Under the pieces are notes generated by a model that was not told where the DNA came from, did not search any database, and saw only the letters and a list, made by a program, of their open reading frames with translations. From an uncultured Dehalococcoidia bacterium (GTDB lineage: Bacteria > Chloroflexota > Dehalococcoidia > Bin125): a stretch of 64,000 nucleotides of DNA. Positions 19,753 to 27,049 of the stretch are shown here, one piece after another (position 1 is the stretch's first letter; each line of letters opens with the position of its first letter). A program made the position numbers and the translations under genes. Location of the stretch: positions 8,851 to 72,850 of the forward strand of contig CAYFZI010000002.1 in assembly GCA_964347635.1 (NCBI GenBank), given 5' to 3'.

Positions 19753-19889
19753 GGCGGGGCCAGCCTATCAGCGCCGTACTCCGCTGTCCGCTGCGTTATT
19801 GCTGCTGCGCTCGTTGGCACTCACCGGCATCGCATAGACTGCGCGCAGAGACTGAGTACAGCGCCAGCGCCCGGACGGAAGCGAGCGCC

Positions 19890-20585
19890 ATGGATCTCGA
19901 GGGGATGCAGGAGCTGCAGAAGATCGATCTTCTGCGCGACGACGCCAAGCGCGTGCTGCAGACCGTTGCCGAGCAGATCGCTGACCCGCCCTTTGTCGAA
20001 GCGTTGGACCGCGAGCTTAAGGCTCAGGTTGATCTCGCCGCCCGGGCGGCGCGCGAGGCGCGCGAGGCGCAGGCGACGGTCGAGGTTGCCCAGCGGCGCA
20101 TCCAGGCGACCGATGAGCGGCTCTACGGCGGCGCGGTGACCGACCACCGCACGCTGGAGGAGCTGCAGCGCGATCTCTACTCGCAGCGCCAGAATCTCGG
20201 CGGCCTGCAGGACGCCGCGCTCAGCGCGGGCCTGCGCTCGGAAGAAGCAGCGGATGCGGAACGCTGGTTGAGCGGGCTGCGTGCGCAATCGCTGGAGCTC
20301 TGGAACCGCCGCCAGGCCGAGCTGGCCGAGCAGCGCAGCAGCGCACAGGTCCGAGTCGACGATCTCTCCGCGCTGGTTGCGCAGCGCCGCATGGGGCTCA
20401 GCGGCGCCGACCTGCGCACCTACGATGAATACCGTCGCCGCCGGCCGCGCGTCGTCGCGGGCGTCGTGGGCGGGGTCTGCGAGGAGTGCCGGCTGACGCT
20501 GCCGACAATGATCATCACCCGGGCGCGCCGCGCCGATCGCCCGATCGAGTGTCCGTCGTGCGGATGTTTGGTGAGAGTGGCCTAA
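19890..20585 (+). CDS. DUF164/COG1579 coiled-coil protein with a C-terminal C4 zinc ribbon
   Basis: Long heptad-rich coiled coil. C-terminal CEECRLTLP...CPSCGCLV is typical of the family that neighbours RNase H in high-GC Gram-positives. The start is placed at ATG 19890; the longer track ORF overlaps divergent yceD. Confidence 0.7.
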   Translation: MDLEGMQELQKIDLLRDDAKRVLQTVAEQIADPPFVEALDRELKAQVDLAARAAREAREAQATVEVAQRRIQATDERLYGGAVTDHRTLEELQRDLYSQRQNLGGLQDAALSAGLRSEEAADAERWLSGLRAQSLELWNRRQAELAEQRSSAQVRVDDLSALVAQRRMGLSGADLRTYDEYRRRRPRVVAGVVGGVCEECRLTLPTMIITRARRADRPIECPSCGCLVRVA

Positions 20586-20588
20586 TTC

Positions 20589-22007
20589 GTGCGTGCGATT
20601 GGCTATCTCAGCCGGTGCGAAGCACAGACCGGCGAGAGAGCGCCCGCACTGGCTGAACAGAACGCGGCATTTCTCGATTTCTGTAACGAGCACGGCTATG
20701 AACCGGCGGCGACATTTCTCGATGCTTCCAGCGAGGCGCAGCGGCCCGGCTTCGCGCAGCTGCTCCAGCACCTCTCTGAGCAGCCGGCGGGCTTCACCGT
20801 GGTCGTAGTGCCCGCCTTTTGCCGGCTCGGAGGCGACGCCAATCAGAGCGCGCGCGCGCTGCTGCAGATGCGCGTGCGCGGGGCGCAGGTGCTCTCGCTG
20901 GCTGAGGGCCCGCTCGATGAATCGGCCATGATCGAGCTTTGGGAGCGCCAGCAGCCGCGCGAGCGGGGCCGCCGGGTGCGCGACGCGATGCGCCGCCGCG
21001 CGGTCCGCGGGCAGGCTCTGGGCCGCCCGCCCTACGGTTACTGCGTCGGCCCCGAGGGCCGCTTTGAGGCGGTCGCCGAGGAGGCCGACGTGGTCAAATA
21101 CATCGTGCGGATGTATCTTGACGAGGGCCTCGGGATCCGCCGCATTGCCCAGCGGCTCAACGCCGAGGGCTACCGCACCCGCCGCAAGGGGAACTGGAGC
21201 ATGGTCACGATCCGTGATCTGCTGCGCAACCGCGTCTACATGGGCACCTACCAGCGCTTCGGCGTCAGCGTGCCCAACAACCATGAGGCGTTGATCACGC
21301 GGACAGAGTTCAACGCAGTGCAGGAGCGGATGGCCGCGCGGCGCACGGCGCCGGGCGCCTCGCAGGGCGGGCGCTTTCTGCTTTCCGGCCTGCTCTGGTG
21401 CGGGGAAAGCGGCAGCCGCATGGTCGGCGTGACGCGCCGCCAGCGCTGGCAGCGTCGCGGCGGCGAGACCTCCAGCGGCGTCTACCGCTATTACCAGAGC
21501 GGGGCGCGCACCAACCAGTCGGTCGGCGGTTACCACACGCGCCGCGCCGATGAGCTCGAACAGGAGGTGTTGGCGCATCTGCGCGGCGAGCACAGCCGCG
21601 AGCCGCTCCCGGCCCTGGCGCTGGCCGGGGACGCCAACGCGGTCGTCGCCGAGGCGACCGCCGCCCTCTCGCGGGCGAAATCGCGGCTGCGCGCGCTCGA
21701 TCGCCGCCTCGGCCAGGCGCTCGACGCCGTCAGCGTCGGCGGCGGCTCGATGCAGGGCTTGCGGGACACAGCGGCGGTGGTCGTTGAGGAGTATGAGCGC
21801 GCCGAAGCGGATGTCGAGCGGCTGCACGGCCGCCTCGCGGCGCACACCTCCGACGCTCAACGCCGGCGCCGCCGCGATCAGCTGCTCGCCCAGGTGCGGG
21901 AGGGCTGGGACGCGCTCAGCTTTGAGGCGCAGCGCGCGCTGCTCGCCGACCTGGTCGAGCGGGTGATCGTCCACGACCACGGCGTCCAGACCATCCTGCG
22001 CGCCTGA
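20589..22007 (+). CDS. Large serine recombinase family protein (resolvase-like N-terminus, Recombinase domain, coiled-coil C-terminus); catalytic motif atypical
   Basis: RPGFAQLL, VVVPAFCRLGGD (DRLxR-like) and the Recombinase domain (PPYGY...VVKYIVRMYLDEGLGIRRIAQRLNAEGYRTRRKGNWSMVTIRDLLRNRVYMG) are present. The N-terminus reads GYLSRCEAQ instead of the canonical Y-x-R-V-S-T-x-E-Q. GTG start is 3 nt after the DUF164 stop. Confidence 0.7.
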   Translation: MRAIGYLSRCEAQTGERAPALAEQNAAFLDFCNEHGYEPAATFLDASSEAQRPGFAQLLQHLSEQPAGFTVVVVPAFCRLGGDANQSARALLQMRVRGAQVLSLAEGPLDESAMIELWERQQPRERGRRVRDAMRRRAVRGQALGRPPYGYCVGPEGRFEAVAEEADVVKYIVRMYLDEGLGIRRIAQRLNAEGYRTRRKGNWSMVTIRDLLRNRVYMGTYQRFGVSVPNNHEALITRTEFNAVQERMAARRTAPGASQGGRFLLSGLLWCGESGSRMVGVTRRQRWQRRGGETSSGVYRYYQSGARTNQSVGGYHTRRADELEQEVLAHLRGEHSREPLPALALAGDANAVVAEATAALSRAKSRLRALDRRLGQALDAVSVGGGSMQGLRDTAAVVVEEYERAEADVERLHGRLAAHTSDAQRRRRRDQLLAQVREGWDALSFEAQRALLADLVERVIVHDHGVQTILRA

Positions 22008-22015
22008 GCTGCATC

Positions 22016-22444
22016 GTGCGTGTGATCGCCTGGGCCGACGGAGCTTCGCGCGGCAATCCCGGCCCGGCCGCCTACGGATACGTGCTGACCGATGAAGCCG
22101 GCGTAGAGCTGGAGAGCGGGGGCGCCGCGATCGGCCGCGCGACCAACAACGTCGCCGAATACCGCGGCGCGATCGCGGCGCTGCAGGCAGCGGCGCGCTG
22201 CGGCGCTGCAGCGGTCGAGCTGCGCCTCGACAGCGAGCTCGTTGTGCGCCAGGTCGAGGGCCGTTACCGCGTCCGCCACCCGTCGCTCAAGCCGCTCTAC
22301 CAGCGTATGCGCGACCTGATCGCAGAGTGCCCCGAGTTCAGCGTCCGCCACGTGCCCCGCGCGCAAAACAGCCGCGCCGACGCGGAGGCCAACGCCGCCC
22401 TCGATGCACCCCCGCTGAGCAGCGGCTGCGCCCGGGTCTGTTGA
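22016..22444 (+). CDS. rnhA: Ribonuclease HI
   Basis: IAWADGASRGNPGPAAYGYVL...AEYRGAIAAL...RADAEANAAL carries the RNase H catalytic DEDD pattern. GTG is 8 nt after the recombinase stop. Confidence 0.85.
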   Translation: MRVIAWADGASRGNPGPAAYGYVLTDEAGVELESGGAAIGRATNNVAEYRGAIAALQAAARCGAAAVELRLDSELVVRQVEGRYRVRHPSLKPLYQRMRDLIAECPEFSVRHVPRAQNSRADAEANAALDAPPLSSGCARVC

Positions 22445-22560
22445 GTCTGCTCGCCTTCAGCCCAGCTCCCTTTTCCCCTCTCCCCTCGCTGGCGAAGTGC
22501 CGGGGGGGTCGCGCCGAATCTGCCGCAGGTGAACAAAGCGGGCAGGCCGCGTTAGAGTGG

Positions 22561-22952
22561 GGCGGCCAGGCCGCCGGGCGGCCGCGCGCTGATCGCAAGA
22601 TCGGCTCGAGGAAAGTCCGGGCTCCTCGGGACAGGGCGCTGGGTAACTCCCAGGCAGGGCGACCTGACGGAAAGCGCCACAGAAACATACCGCCGCGTGC
22701 GCTGCGGCGCCGCGCGGTAAGGGTGAAATGGTGCGGTAAGAGCGCACCAGCGGCCGGGCGACCGGCCGGCTGGGCAAGCCCCGCCCGGAGCAAGACCAAA
22801 TAGCGAGATCGCGGTGCAGCCCGCTGCGCCGCAGGCGCGTCCCGCGCCGTCTCCGGGTAGGTCGCACGAAGCGGCGGGCAACCGCCGCTCTAGATGGATG
22901 GCCGCCGCCGCAGCGCGGTTACAGAACCCGGCTTACAGGCGGCCTGGCATTC
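22561..22952 (+). ncRNA. rnpB: RNase P RNA (bacterial type A)
   Basis: Universally conserved blocks are present: GGAAAGTCCGGGCTCC, ACAGGGCAGGGTAACTCC-like, GGAAAGTGCCACAGAAA-like, GTAAGGGTGAAATGGTGCGGTAAGAGCGCACCAG, CAAGACCAAATAG, ACAGAACCCGGCTTAC. P1 pairs gccaggccgcc (22565-75) with ggcggcctggc (22938-48). Confidence 0.85.
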
Positions 22953-23047
22953 GAACCGCATTCGGCCGCGGCGGCGGCCCTACAGTGCAGGACAGTGCAG
23001 GAAATCAGACGAGAAACGGGGCAAGGGAACTGGGCAGGAATGCATTG

Positions 23048-24589
23048 ATGGCCGCCAAACTGCTCGCCGACCTGCTGCGCCGTACCGCTCACCGACACGC
23101 CGCCGGCCCGCGGCCCGAGTCGCTCAGCGTGTCCGGCGTCGGCCAAGACTCGCGCACCGTCGGCGCCGGCGGCTGCTTCACGGCGATCCCCGGCTTCAGC
23201 GTCGACGGCCATCAGTATCTGGCCTCCGCGATCGCCGCCGGTGCAGCTGCGGTTGTTGTCCAGGCCGATCGCCGCGCTGTCTGGGAGCCGCTGCTCGAGC
23301 ACGCTGCTGAGGTTGCAGTGATCGAGGTCGAGGACAGCCGCACCGCGCTGGCCGACCTGAGCGCGGCCTGGCACGATTTCCCGGCGCGCAAACTCACTGT
23401 CGTCGGCGTCACCGGCACCGACGGCAAAACCACCACCGCCCACCTCTCCCACGCGCTGCTGAGCGCCGCCGGCCACCGCACGGGGTTGATCAGCGGGGTT
23501 GAATTCAACGTCGGCGGCGAGTGGTCGACGAACGAGAGCGGCGAGACCACGCCCGAAGCCGACGTGATCCAGGCGCGGCTCGCCGAAATGGCTGCGGCGG
23601 GGCAGACGCACGCGGTGATCGAGGCCAGCTCGCACGGCCTCGAGCTGCAGCGCGTGCGCGGCTGCGAGTTTGATCTGGCTGTCTTCACCGGGCTCTCCGA
23701 CGATCATCTCGATTTCCACGGCACGCGCGAGCGTTACCTCGAGGCCAAGCTGCGCCTGTTCCGCGCGCTCGACGACGCGCAGCCGGTCGCCCGGCCGCGC
23801 CCGCGCTTCGCCGTGGTGCGTGCTGAGGATCCGCTGCGCGGCACGATCGCCGCCGCGCATCGGCAGCCTACGATCAGCGCCGCCAGCACGGCGGGCGGTG
23901 GCGGCGATGTATCCGTCCAGCCGCTTTCGCAGGATGCGGCCGGGGCGGAGCTGCGCGTCGTCACTCCGGCCGGCGCGCTCGCTGCACGGCTGCCGCTGCC
24001 GGGCGATTACAACCTCGGCAATGCAGCGCTGGCCGTTGGTGCGGCCTGGGCGCTGGGAGCGGGCCCCGCCGCGCTGCAGCGCGGCTTCGCCGAGGCCCGC
24101 CCGGTGCCCGGCCGGATGCAGAGCATCGACGCGGGTCAGCCGTTCGGCGTGATCGTCGATGCGGCCGCCACCGGCCCCGCGCTGCGCGCCGCTCTCGATG
24201 CCCTACGCCCCCACGTTGGCGGCCGCTTGCTGCTCGTCTTCGGCGCTGCCGGCGATCGCGATCCGGCGCGGCGCACGGCGATGGGGGCAGCGGCGGCCGC
24301 ACTCGCCGACCTTAGCTTCATCACCAGCGAGAATCCCCGCTCGGAGGATCCCGCTGCGATCGTCGCGGAGATTGCCGCCGCGATGCGCGGCGCCGGCGCG
24401 GGAGATCGCTTCGTTGAGCAGCCCGACCGCCGCGCGGCGATTCGGCTCGCCTTCGCCGAGGCGCGGCCCGACGACCTCGTGCTCATTGCCGGCAAGGGCG
24501 CCGAGCGGAGCCTGATCTTCGCCGACCGCAGCGAGCCCTGGGACGACCGCGCCGCCGCCCGCGAGGAACTGCAGCGTCTGCTCGGCTGA
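23048..24589 (+). CDS. murE: UDP-N-acetylmuramoyl-L-alanyl-D-glutamate--2,6-diaminopimelate ligase (MurE)
   Basis: GVTGTDGKTTT P-loop and the ENPRSEDP (DNPR) MurE motif. The start is ATG 23048, downstream of rnpB; the longer track ORF runs through rnpB. Confidence 0.9.
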   Translation: MAAKLLADLLRRTAHRHAAGPRPESLSVSGVGQDSRTVGAGGCFTAIPGFSVDGHQYLASAIAAGAAAVVVQADRRAVWEPLLEHAAEVAVIEVEDSRTALADLSAAWHDFPARKLTVVGVTGTDGKTTTAHLSHALLSAAGHRTGLISGVEFNVGGEWSTNESGETTPEADVIQARLAEMAAAGQTHAVIEASSHGLELQRVRGCEFDLAVFTGLSDDHLDFHGTRERYLEAKLRLFRALDDAQPVARPRPRFAVVRAEDPLRGTIAAAHRQPTISAASTAGGGGDVSVQPLSQDAAGAELRVVTPAGALAARLPLPGDYNLGNAALAVGAAWALGAGPAALQRGFAEARPVPGRMQSIDAGQPFGVIVDAAATGPALRAALDALRPHVGGRLLLVFGAAGDRDPARRTAMGAAAAALADLSFITSENPRSEDPAAIVAEIAAAMRGAGAGDRFVEQPDRRAAIRLAFAEARPDDLVLIAGKGAERSLIFADRSEPWDDRAAAREELQRLLG

Positions 24590-24652
24590 GCGCTACCGCC
24601 AGATCGGCCTTGCTCATAGCATTCCTGCATTGGCGCCAGCGAGGAGGCCAGC

Positions 24653-26002
24653 ATGGACGACGCGCGCTACCAATCGCTTGTGGAGGACGACCTCCAACAC
24701 TGGGTGCACCCGCTCTACCACCCGAGCGGCCATCGGGAGCCGCTGTTGATCGAGCGGGGCGAGGGCATCTACCTCTACGGCGCCGACGGGCGGCAGTACA
24801 TCGACGGGTTGTCGGCGCTCTGGAATGTGGCCGCGGGCCACGGCCGGCGCGAGCTGGCCGAGGCCGCCGCCGAGCAGATGTCGACGCTCGGCTTCAGCAA
24901 CTCCTACGAGGGCTACACCAACGAGCCGGCCATCCGCCTGGCGGCCAAAGTGGTCGAGCTCGCCTACTCCAATATGCAGGCGCTCTATTTCACGAACTCC
25001 GGCTCGGAATCGAACGAGACCAACTTCAAGGCCGCGAGGTTTTACTGGAGCCGCCTCGGGCGGCCCGAGAAGCACAAGGTGATCACGCGCGTCGAGGCGT
25101 TCCACGGCAACACGATCGCGATGACCTCCGCGACCGGCATGAAAGTGTTCCACGGCAACTTCGGGCCCAGAGTGCCGAACATCATCAACGCCGATACGCC
25201 CGATGCGGTTGCCTCCGGCGGCGGGCGGATCGATGCCGGCAACGTGATGATCGACAACATCGTCGCGGCGATTGAGCGCGAGGGCCCGGACACGGTCGCG
25301 GCGGTGATCGCGGAGCCGGTGCAGGGCGCCGGCGGCGTCTACCCGCCGCCGGCGGATTACTTCGCGCAGCTGCGCGATGTCTGCGACCGCTACGAAGTGC
25401 TGCTGATCGCCGACGAGGTGATCACCGGCTTCGGGCGCACAGGCAAGTGGTTCGCGCTCGAGCATTTCGATGTGCAGCCGGACATGATGTCGGTCGCCAA
25501 GGCGATCACCAGCGGCTACGTGCCGATGGGCGCGGCGGTTTTCTCGCGGCAGGTCCACGAGGTGATCACCGGCGACCCGGACGGCCAGAAATTCATGCAT
25601 GCCTACACCAACTCCGGGCACGCCAGCGCCGCCGCCGTGGGCCTGCGCAACCTGCAGATCTTCGAGGACGAGCGGCTGGTCGAAAATGCCGCGGCGCGCG
25701 GCGCGCAGCTGTTGAGCGGCCTGCAGCGTCTCTCCGAGCATCGGCACGTCGGCAATGTGCGCGGCCTCGGTTTCATGTGCGGCTTCGACCTGCTGGAAGA
25801 TCCGGACAGCGACGCGCCGTTCGAGCTCGGGGCCGGGATGGGGCTGAAGCTGCTCCAGGCCTGCCAAGCGCGCGGGCTGATTTCGCGCGTCCGCGGCGAC
25901 GCCTACCTGCTCGCCCCGCCGCTGATCGCCAGCGCGGCGCAGGTCGACGACATTCTGACGATCGTCGAAGACGCCGTTCGCGAGGTCACCGCATCGGCGT
26001 AG
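24653..26002 (+). CDS. Class III pyridoxal-phosphate aminotransferase (BioA-like / omega-transaminase family)
   Basis: YFTNSGSESNETNFKAAR, AFHGNT, LLIADEVITGFGRTGKWFA and the SVAKAITSGY (Schiff-base Lys) motifs. GAGGAGG SD. Adjacency to birA suggests a biotin-pathway role, but specificity cannot be told from sequence alone. Confidence 0.85.
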   Translation: MDDARYQSLVEDDLQHWVHPLYHPSGHREPLLIERGEGIYLYGADGRQYIDGLSALWNVAAGHGRRELAEAAAEQMSTLGFSNSYEGYTNEPAIRLAAKVVELAYSNMQALYFTNSGSESNETNFKAARFYWSRLGRPEKHKVITRVEAFHGNTIAMTSATGMKVFHGNFGPRVPNIINADTPDAVASGGGRIDAGNVMIDNIVAAIEREGPDTVAAVIAEPVQGAGGVYPPPADYFAQLRDVCDRYEVLLIADEVITGFGRTGKWFALEHFDVQPDMMSVAKAITSGYVPMGAAVFSRQVHEVITGDPDGQKFMHAYTNSGHASAAAVGLRNLQIFEDERLVENAAARGAQLLSGLQRLSEHRHVGNVRGLGFMCGFDLLEDPDSDAPFELGAGMGLKLLQACQARGLISRVRGDAYLLAPPLIASAAQVDDILTIVEDAVREVTASA

Positions 26003-26039
26003 CCCCGCGCCGCCTCCAATGCTGCTAGACTGCGGGGCA

Positions 26040-26195
26040 AGAAAGGAGGTGATGCACGTTGGGACATAGTCAACTTTCGCCCAGCGGTAGGTTCCGAAGC
26101 GTAGTGGGGGTGGGCGCCTCCTAACCGCAGCATTCGCCCTATCGACTGGGCAGAAGTACAGCAACCCCAAGGCGCCCACCTTGGGGTTGTTCAAT
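26040..26195 (+). promoter_or_regulatory. Structured leader in the bioA-birA spacer: extended anti-SD complement, 21-codon TTG ORF, mutually exclusive hairpins and a terminator-like stem
   Basis: AGAAAGGAGGTGAT (26040-26053) is complementary to the 16S 3' tail over about 12 nt. A TTG-started ORF runs 26059-26124 (peptide MGHSQLSPSGRFRSVVGVGAS). GGTGGGCGCC (26109-18) can pair with GGCGCCCACC (26171-80), which overlaps the hairpin aaccccaagg/ccttggggtt (26163-26189) and is followed by GTTGTTCAATT. Confidence 0.35.
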
Positions 26196-26239
26196 TCCGG
26201 CGGCATGGACGCCCGCCGGCATTGAGAGATCGAAGGCCG

Positions 26240-27049
26240 ATGGCCGACGTCGACCCGTTGCCGCCCGCCAAGCGTCTCCAGACTGCGCAGGTCAGCGAGG
26301 CTCTGCGGACCCGCGCCGTGGGGCGCGATCTGCACTATCTGCGCGTCACCGACTCCACGATGGCGGATGCCCGCCGCCTCGCAGAGGAGGGCTGTCCGCA
26401 CGGTGCGGTCGTCGCCGCCGACGAGCAGACTGCCGGCCGCGGCACCAAAGGCCGCTCGTGGGTCTCGCCGGCGGGCCAGAGCATCCACACGACGCTGGTC
26501 GTGCGGCCCGACGCAGAACAGATGAAGCGCCTCAGCATCGTCACGCCTGCGGCAGCGGCGCGCGCTGTCGAAGAGGCGGCGGGCATCGTTCCCGCGATCA
26601 AGTGGCCGAACGATCTAGAGATCGGCCGGCGCAAGTTCGGCGGCATCCTGATCGAGGGTGAATGGCGCGCCTCCGGCCCCGCCTATGCCCTGATCGGCAT
26701 CGGCATCAACGTGAACTTCGACCCCGCGCCGCACGCCGCCCAGATCGACCGTCCGGCGACCAGCCTGATGATCGAGCTAGGCCGCAAGCTCTCCCGCGAA
26801 GCCGTCCTGGCCGCGCTGCTCAACGCCTTTGAGGCGGCCTATGATCGCGCCGACTCCGACGAGGTCTTCGAGGCCTGGCGCTCGCGCCTCGACACGCTCG
26901 GCCGCTCAGTCCAGATCATTGCCGGCGGCGTTGTCCAAGTTGAGGGCGTCGCCGAGGACGTCACCCGCAGCGGCGCGCTCCAAGTCCGTGATGCCGGCGG
27001 CGCCGTCCACACCATCGTCGCCGGCGAAGTCTCGGTGCGCGACGCCTAA
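26240..27049 (+). CDS. birA: Biotin--[acetyl-CoA-carboxylase] ligase (BirA, catalytic plus C-terminal domains, no N-terminal HTH)
   Basis: ADEQTAGRGTKGRSW (GRGRxGR biotin-binding loop), KWPNDL and GILIE motifs. ATG 26240 follows GAAGG. Its stop overlaps the convergent stop of the giant gene. Confidence 0.8.
   Translation: MADVDPLPPAKRLQTAQVSEALRTRAVGRDLHYLRVTDSTMADARRLAEEGCPHGAVVAADEQTAGRGTKGRSWVSPAGQSIHTTLVVRPDAEQMKRLSIVTPAAAARAVEEAAGIVPAIKWPNDLEIGRRKFGGILIEGEWRASGPAYALIGIGINVNFDPAPHAAQIDRPATSLMIELGRKLSREAVLAALLNAFEAAYDRADSDEVFEAWRSRLDTLGRSVQIIAGGVVQVEGVAEDVTRSGALQVRDAGGAVHTIVAGEVSVRDA

Noticed and set aside
19821-21980. 719-aa minus-strand ORF across the DUF164 and recombinase genes
   Set aside because: No recognisable motifs and Arg/Ala-rich content. 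It is antisense to two well-supported plus-strand genes.
26040-26056. 16S rRNA-like sequence (AGAAAGGAGGTGAT)
   Set aside because: It is the complement of the 16S 3' tail, not rRNA itself. No other rRNA-like sequence flanks it. It is interpreted as an extended Shine-Dalgarno site (see the finding).
24614-26488. 624-aa minus-strand ORF antisense to the aminotransferase and birA
   Set aside because: The plus-strand genes are well supported, and the minus ORF even spans the structured intergenic leader.
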